This document shows, one piece after another, positions 24,580 through 30,116 of a stretch of DNA of 30,116 nucleotides. The first letter of the stretch is position 1; the number at the start of each line of letters is the position of its first letter. The DNA comes from a virus (taxonomy: Duplodnaviria; Caudoviricetes), in IMG/VR virus record IMGVR_UViG_3300043406_000167, positions 1 to 30,116 of that record; one strand, given 5' to 3'. A program made the translations under genes and the position numbers. The notes under the pieces are model-generated. The model had not been told where the DNA came from and made no database searches. It worked only from the letters and a program-made list of their open reading frames with translations.

Positions 24580-25548
24580 ATGGCATCACCCAATGACGGG
24601 ATGACAATTGCGGCGTCGTGGAACGCCCTTGTCAACGATAAGCCGGAAGACAACATCTTCGCGGACTACTGGCTGCTCAACACGCTGAAGCAGGGCGAAT
24701 CGTTCGAGAGCGTGGCGGGCGGCGACATCATTACGGCATCGCTCGAATACGCGATGAACTCGACGGTCGGCTTCTACAGCGACACGGAATCCATCAGCAC
24801 CAACCGCACCGACGTCTTCGACCGCGTTGAGTTCGGGTGGAAGGAAGTGGCCGGCACGCTCCTCCAGAGCGAGCTGGAAAACGCGATCAACCAGGGCAGC
24901 GCGAAGAAGTTCGATCTGCTCGATGGGAAGATGCGCAACCTGCGTTCGTCCATCGATGACGCGCTCAACACCTCGCTCTACAGCGACGGCACCGGCACGG
25001 GCGGCAAGGAACTCGGCGGCGTCCAGCTCATCATCTCGACCACGCCGACAACGGGAACCGTGGGCGCCATCTCGGCCTCCTCGTTCGCGTTCTGGCGTAA
25101 TCAGCAGGGCTCCGGCGCGCAGTCTAGCTCTGCCTTCGACAACCTCCGCGCCCAGATGCGCGCCATCTACAACAGCTCCAGCAATGGGGTTGCGGGCAAG
25201 CATCCGAAATACGCGGTCACCACGCAAACCGTCTTCCAGGGCTTCGAGGGACTGCTCCTCGTCAACGAGCGGTTCAACGACAAGGCCAGCGGCGACGGCG
25301 GCTTCAAGAACGAGACCCTGAAGTTCAAGGGCGCGGCCATCAGCTATGACGGCGACTGCCCCGCGGGCAACCTCTACTTCTACCACCCCAGCTTCCTCAA
25401 GCTGGCCTACCTCAAGGGCCACTGGTATAAGATGACGGGCCCGATCCGCCCCGCCAACCAGACCGTGGACATCTACCAGGTCAGCGCGCGTTGCAACCTC
25501 ATCACCACCAACCGCCGCATGCTGGGCGTCGTCTCGGCCATCTCGTAA
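24580..25548 (+). CDS. Major capsid protein
   Basis: 322 aa; EDNIF, LYSDGTG.GGKELGG, FWRN, LKFKGA; strong GC3 bias; synteny. Confidence 0.88.
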   Translation: MASPNDGMTIAASWNALVNDKPEDNIFADYWLLNTLKQGESFESVAGGDIITASLEYAMNSTVGFYSDTESISTNRTDVFDRVEFGWKEVAGTLLQSELENAINQGSAKKFDLLDGKMRNLRSSIDDALNTSLYSDGTGTGGKELGGVQLIISTTPTTGTVGAISASSFAFWRNQQGSGAQSSSAFDNLRAQMRAIYNSSSNGVAGKHPKYAVTTQTVFQGFEGLLLVNERFNDKASGDGGFKNETLKFKGAAISYDGDCPAGNLYFYHPSFLKLAYLKGHWYKMTGPIRPANQTVDIYQVSARCNLITTNRRMLGVVSAIS

Positions 25549-25567
25549 CGAAAGGACAACGCATCAC

Positions 25568-26275
25568 ATGCCTTCTCTCAGACCATCAGCGATTGGGTTT
25601 GCTGGTAACGCCAGCGACCTCTACACCACGCCGTATCCGCATGGACTCGGCGACAAAGCGCGCGACAGCGCGGGCAACGAATACGTGTTCGTGGACTTCA
25701 ACGTCACCGGCGCGAGCGTTGGCTCGGTTGTGGTGATTGACGGGGCGCACTTCGCGACCCCGCTCTCACAGTCAGCGTCGCAGGCGGGGCGCGTCGGCGT
25801 CGTCGTCGCGGCGTCGCCCACGACCAACCAGGCCGGGTGGGTGCAAGTCTACGGATTTGCGCTTGTCCAGGGCTCGACGGGGTATAGCTCGGGTGCCGCC
25901 TCGGCCTCCGACTGCTCGGATACCTCGACGCTGCGCGCCATCGTCCCGACCACGGTGGTGACCTCGCCGCTCGGCGCGGTTGCCCTCGTCAACGTCCCCA
26001 CGGACAGCTCGGTTGAGCAGTCCTCGGTCGAAATCAACCAGATTTTCGGCATGTGGACGGTGTTCGGCGCGGAAGCCACGAACGTGCCGGGCTTCAGCGG
26101 CGACCTCTCGGCGTTCCCGAACGTGGTCAGCGGCGCGGCCGTCACGCAAGTCAGCGAGACCAGCGGTGCGGTCACGAACACGACGGCAGGTATCGGCAAC
26201 CACCTGCTCCCCGTGTTTCTCAACTACCCGTATCACCTCAACCAAGATCGCAATATCTCTGGCGTGGTGTCGTAG
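25568..26275 (+). CDS. Capsid decoration/cement-like protein, Ser/Thr-rich
   Basis: LGDKARDSAGNEYVFV..GWVQVYG; follows the capsid gene. Confidence 0.7.
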   Translation: MPSLRPSAIGFAGNASDLYTTPYPHGLGDKARDSAGNEYVFVDFNVTGASVGSVVVIDGAHFATPLSQSASQAGRVGVVVAASPTTNQAGWVQVYGFALVQGSTGYSSGAASASDCSDTSTLRAIVPTTVVTSPLGAVALVNVPTDSSVEQSSVEINQIFGMWTVFGAEATNVPGFSGDLSAFPNVVSGAAVTQVSETSGAVTNTTAGIGNHLLPVFLNYPYHLNQDRNISGVVS

Positions 26276-26283
26276 CACGACCC

Positions 26284-26321
26284 GGGGGCTGCCCGCGTGG
26301 GTGGCCCCCACCCTCACTTTT
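26284..26321 (+). terminator. GC-rich hairpin after the capsid/decoration genes (weak terminator or mRNA stabiliser)
   Basis: GGGGGCTGCCC-GCGT-GGGTGGCCCCC with TTTT 8 nt downstream. Confidence 0.45.
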
Positions 26322-26344
26322 ACCCCTTTACGCGAGGAGAGCGT

Positions 26345-27265
26345 GTGAAGAGCATGAGATTTACCGCGGGGACCGATTTGCCCCCGCAGGACCCCAAGGC
26401 ATGGGCAGGGCCGCGACCGCGGCGCCCGGCCATGGCGGCACCAGGGCGGCTGCGCAAGGTGGCGCTGCTCGGTGGTGCCCAGTCTACGCTGAAGTTCGCG
26501 CCCTGGCACGATGCCAGTTGGGAGCTATGGAGCCACGCCTCGTGCCGCCATCGCTGCGAGCGCGAGCCCGATCTGCTGTTTGACCTCCATCCGCCGGAGC
26601 TGTGGCGCGACCCCGAGCGCAAATTCTGGGATAAGCGCTATGCGAAGTGGTTGGCGCAGAACCACCTGCCCATCTACATGCAGGAGCGGTATCCCGATGT
26701 GCCTGGGTCGATCCGCTACCCGTTCGAACAGGTCATCACGGAGTTTCCGCGCGGCTACATGACCAACCACGTCGCCTACATGGTGGCGCTCGCGTTGGTC
26801 GAGGGGGTCACGCACATCGCGCTCTACGGCTGCCACTACGACTCGGATAGCGAGTATGGGCCGCAGCGTGGGTGTGCGGAATACTGGTGCGGCGTGGCGG
26901 AGGGTCGCGGCGTCCAAGTGCTCATTCCCCCAACCTGCGACCTCCTCGGCAAGCCTGCGCTCCTCTACGGCTACCAGTCGCACCCCGATGGTGTGCGCGA
27001 CCCGAGTTACTCGTTCTTCATGGGGCCCAAGCGCCTCCTGACCGCCAAGGAGCGGGAGCTGCAAGCTAAGCTCCGCGCTGACGGCCAGAGTGGCAAGCTG
27101 GAGACCCCGGACCCCACGGAGCCCATCGCCATCGTGCCCCTGAGCGAAGGTGGCGCCCGCTTCGACCTCATCACCCCGCCCGATGGAGAGACCATAGCGC
27201 TGGACCGCGCCAACATCACCGACCCCGCGGAACTCATCCGCCTCCATCAACTCGCAAAGGAATAG
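26345..27265 (+). CDS. Putative Maf/DUF115/GT29-like glycosyltransferase (candidate nonulosonyl transferase)
   Basis: KVALLGGAQS and TNHVAYMVALALVEGVTHIALYGCH resemble sialylmotif L and S patterns; AGGAG RBS before GTG 26345. The ORF is solid; the function is tentative. Confidence 0.55.
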   Translation: MKSMRFTAGTDLPPQDPKAWAGPRPRRPAMAAPGRLRKVALLGGAQSTLKFAPWHDASWELWSHASCRHRCEREPDLLFDLHPPELWRDPERKFWDKRYAKWLAQNHLPIYMQERYPDVPGSIRYPFEQVITEFPRGYMTNHVAYMVALALVEGVTHIALYGCHYDSDSEYGPQRGCAEYWCGVAEGRGVQVLIPPTCDLLGKPALLYGYQSHPDGVRDPSYSFFMGPKRLLTAKERELQAKLRADGQSGKLETPDPTEPIAIVPLSEGGARFDLITPPDGETIALDRANITDPAELIRLHQLAKE

Positions 27266-27268
27266 CGC

Positions 27269-27598
27269 ATGGCCTACACCTTCCAGAATCGGCGACTCGG
27301 TTACGACAACATTGCGGTAGGGAGCGCCACGGGCTTTGAGCGCGTGGTTCCCGGCGGCGGCCCCGGCGACGGCACGACGCGCCCCGGCAAGGATAGCGGC
27401 GGGAATACCTCGACCTCGGTCCTCGCGATTGCGCGGCGTGAGATGAGTATTCGCCTGCCCAGCTCCGACGACAACACCGTGGAGGAAACGCGCCTCACCT
27501 CCAACACCTCCCACACGGGCAACACCTCCGGCACCAGCTATTCGTCCGTCTTTTACGAATCGCTCGGGTCGTCGGACATCGCCGGGAACGTCAGCTAG
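27269..27598 (+). CDS. Ser/Thr/Gly-rich virion-module protein
   Basis: About 30 of 109 residues are S/T; AAGGA RBS. Confidence 0.7.
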   Translation: MAYTFQNRRLGYDNIAVGSATGFERVVPGGGPGDGTTRPGKDSGGNTSTSVLAIARREMSIRLPSSDDNTVEETRLTSNTSHTGNTSGTSYSSVFYESLGSSDIAGNVS

Positions 27599-27686
27599 AC
27601 CCCGCTCGCTCGCCCGCTAACCTCGCTTCGTCTGGCCTTTCGAGAAAGGCTGGGGGTGCATCGCGCCCTCTAAGGAATCCCCGCAC

Positions 27687-28214
27687 ATGGCTACCGATCC
27701 GAAAGTCGCTACACCCGCGCCCGCCGCCGCGCCCGACACCACCCTCACCGCTATCCTCGCCCAGATGGCCACGCTCATGGCGAAACAGGGCGAGCGCGAG
27801 GACGTCGAAGACCTCAGCTCCGCCGAAGCGCGGAAAGCGGGCCGCCGCCTCGGCGCCACCGGCGCCTACGAGAACGCCTTCGCCCCCGAGATCAGCGCTT
27901 ACAACCCACGTGGCGAACGCGACTTCCCTCGCTCCGAGCTGGCCTGCAAAATGATCTACGTTGGGTTCAAGCTGGCGAAGGAAGCCCTGACGGTTGAGGA
28001 GATCGAGCTGCTCAACCAGATGAAGCCTGGCGACTACCGCGTCACCAAGAGCGATGGCAAATCGATCCCCTTCGTCGTGACGGCGAAGTTGGACGCCGCG
28101 GGCCGGCGCGAGCTGCTGACGTTCCACTTCCCGTGCAAGTCCACCGAGGACCGCCATAACCACATGCCGATGGCCGCGTATCTCCGCGAGGCCCTCGCGC
28201 AGCAGGCCGCCTAA
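27687..28214 (+). CDS. Hypothetical protein
   Basis: TAAGGA RBS; GC3-rich codons. Confidence 0.75.
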   Translation: MATDPKVATPAPAAAPDTTLTAILAQMATLMAKQGEREDVEDLSSAEARKAGRRLGATGAYENAFAPEISAYNPRGERDFPRSELACKMIYVGFKLAKEALTVEEIELLNQMKPGDYRVTKSDGKSIPFVVTAKLDAAGRRELLTFHFPCKSTEDRHNHMPMAAYLREALAQQAA

Positions 28215-28220
28215 TCCCCC

Positions 28221-29261
28221 ATGAACTTCGCCCAACTGAAGGCCGACGTCTACCGCCGTTGCGGGTTCGCCGCGAGCCCGGCCACCGACGTGGTGACGCG
28301 CATCGCCGCGTTTGTCAACGAGGTGCAGCAGGACATCCTCAGCGAACCGGGGATGGAATTCCTGCTCAATGATTCGGTGACGTTTGCCTCAGTAGCGAGT
28401 CAGGCGACGTATGGCATTCCGCCCGAGTTCGACAGCATCAAGGAACTCCGCGAGACCACGAATCGCCTGCGCCTCTACCCCATGTCCCTCGGCGAATACC
28501 GCGCGGTCTACCCGGACCCCGCGGCGGTGACGGGGACGCCGCGCCGCTACGTCGATCTCGGCTTCAGCGCCCTGGCCGTTGAGGTCGCCGACGCCTCCTC
28601 GATCTTCGTGCTCAGCACCAGCGACTCCGACGTGGGCACCGCCTACCTCGAAGGCTATCGCACTGGGGGCATCCCCTTCACCGATAGCGTCGTGATGACG
28701 GGCTCAACGGCCGCGGGCTTCACCTACGATGACGTCATCGCGGTCACCAAATTCTACGTGAGCACCGCGGCGCTCGGCGCCATCACGCTCTGCGAAGATT
28801 CGGATACGGGGGTCGTGCTCGCCACGCTTGGCATCGGCCAGGTCCATGCGCGCTACCGCCACATCGCCCTCGTCCCCACCCCGGCCGCCGCCATCACCTA
28901 CACCCTCGACGGGCAGCGCATCGTCACCGATATGGCGCAGGACACCGACGAGCCCGTGGTGCCCCCGCGCTTCCATCGCATGCTCGCCATTGGCGCCCGC
29001 GCCAAGGAATACGAGAAGCAGAATCAGATCCAGCGCTGGCAAGTGGCGATGGGCGAGTTCAAGGCCGAGCTGAAGAAGCTCAAATTCTGGCTCTACGAGC
29101 AGAGCGTGGGGACGCCGAATATGCAGGGTGGGGGGATGACGCGATCGACGCTCGGGGACGGCGGCATCCTCGCGGCGTCCAGCGGCTCCAGCAGTGGCTC
29201 CTCCTCCTCCGCCGGCTTCAGCGCGGCCGAAATCGAAGCCATGATCGCGTTGGGTATCTAA
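28221..29261 (+). CDS. Head-tail adaptor/neck protein
   Basis: MNFAQLKADV..FVNEVQQDI, GTPRRY, DEPVVPPRFH pattern; synteny. Confidence 0.7.
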   Translation: MNFAQLKADVYRRCGFAASPATDVVTRIAAFVNEVQQDILSEPGMEFLLNDSVTFASVASQATYGIPPEFDSIKELRETTNRLRLYPMSLGEYRAVYPDPAAVTGTPRRYVDLGFSALAVEVADASSIFVLSTSDSDVGTAYLEGYRTGGIPFTDSVVMTGSTAAGFTYDDVIAVTKFYVSTAALGAITLCEDSDTGVVLATLGIGQVHARYRHIALVPTPAAAITYTLDGQRIVTDMAQDTDEPVVPPRFHRMLAIGARAKEYEKQNQIQRWQVAMGEFKAELKKLKFWLYEQSVGTPNMQGGGMTRSTLGDGGILAASSGSSSGSSSSAGFSAAEIEAMIALGI

Positions 29262-29264
29262 GCC

Positions 29265-30116
29265 ATGCTCATCCTCGATGCCACGACGCGCTCCCTCGAA
29301 ATCAAGCTAGTCTCCGCCATCACGATCAGCCAATTGCCGTGGACGGCGAGCTACGTCGATGTCAACCAGACGACGTTCGCACTGACCCGCGCGGGCCAAT
29401 CGAATGGCGCCACCAACCACACCACCGCCGTGACGATGGTGGCCGCGCCTGGCAGCTCCCGCTCCCGCCAGCTCAAGTTCCTCAGCGTCCAGAACGCCGA
29501 CACCGTTAACGCCACCGTCATCATCCAAATCAACGACAACGGGACCACGCGCGTGGTCTGGCGCGGCACGCTCGCGGCGAGTGACGTGCTGGTGTATGCG
29601 GAGGCGCGTGGCTTCGTGGTCACGGATGGCAATGGCGCCCTCAAGCGCACGGTCAGTGGTGCGGGCTACGTGCTCCCCGCGGATGTGGCCCTGACCGACG
29701 CCGCCAATGTCTTCACGCTGAACCAGACCATCTCGAAGACGAGCCCAGAGGCCATCCTCATTTCCGGGGGCGGGCTTAAATACCGCTTTGGCGTCGCGCC
29801 GGACGCGTCGCCCGCGTTTTACCTCTCGAATAACCTCGCCATCAGCGGCTCCAATTGGAACCTCGATGATACGTCGCTGGCGGGCTCCCTGCTCGTGCTG
29901 GATCGCACGGGCGCCCTCACGGGCTACACGGCCACCGCCGGCGCCAACCCCCGCACCCTCACGCAAAACATTGCCGCGACGTTGGGCACGCTCAGCCTGA
30001 CAGGCGGGCAGGTGGCCTTCCCGGCTACCCAGAATGCCAGCGCGGACCCCAACACCCTCGATGATTACGAGGAGGGGAGCTGGACCCCCACGCTCGGCGG
30101 TCTCACGAGCGAGAGC
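29265..30116 (+). CDS. Tail fibre/tail protein, 5' part; runs off the window edge
   Basis: Not in the ORF track; MLILDATTRSLEIKL... in frame with FPATQNASADPNTLDDYEEGSWTP, a motif typical of phage tail fibres. Confidence 0.8.
   Translation, partial: MLILDATTRSLEIKLVSAITISQLPWTASYVDVNQTTFALTRAGQSNGATNHTTAVTMVAAPGSSRSRQLKFLSVQNADTVNATVIIQINDNGTTRVVWRGTLAASDVLVYAEARGFVVTDGNGALKRTVSGAGYVLPADVALTDAANVFTLNQTISKTSPEAILISGGGLKYRFGVAPDASPAFYLSNNLAISGSNWNLDDTSLAGSLLVLDRTGALTGYTATAGANPRTLTQNIAATLGTLSLTGGQVAFPATQNASADPNTLDDYEEGSWTPTLGGLTSES

Noticed and set aside
27625-27670. Hairpin GCCTTT-CGAG-AAAGGC as a terminator or ncRNA
   Set aside because: Short stem with no U tract; insufficient support
1-30116. 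tRNA, rRNA, integrase or transposase genes
   Set aside because: None recognised by eye; a covariance-model scan was not possible

Overview
GC-rich dsDNA tailed-phage genome segment with two divergent arms. The portal, adaptor and tail-fibre order suggests a podovirus-like head and neck. The left arm (minus strand, about 1-14.8 kb) holds small early genes, an AAA/RepA-type helicase next to a likely origin, ERF, PD-(D/E)XK and ERCC4 recombination genes, a family A DNA polymerase split into two ORFs by two unrelated coupled genes, a Dam-type methylase, an RNase H-fold exonuclease, and a nonulosonic (sialic) acid operon neuB-neuC-neuA interleaved with two HNH-type endonucleases. The right arm (plus strand, about 15.3-30.1 kb) holds a candidate lysis/membrane cluster including a PAP2 phosphatase, then terminase, portal, scaffold, major capsid and decoration genes. 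A Maf/sialyltransferase-like gene sits between two Ser/Thr-rich proteins, followed by an adaptor and a tail fibre. The main hypothesis is a phage-encoded system that makes a CMP-nonulosonate and transfers it to virion proteins. Other notable signals are sigma54-like promoters with an IHF site, paired dif-like sites, and 27-bp direct repeats around the helicase. All family assignments come from motif recognition by eye; no database searches were run.
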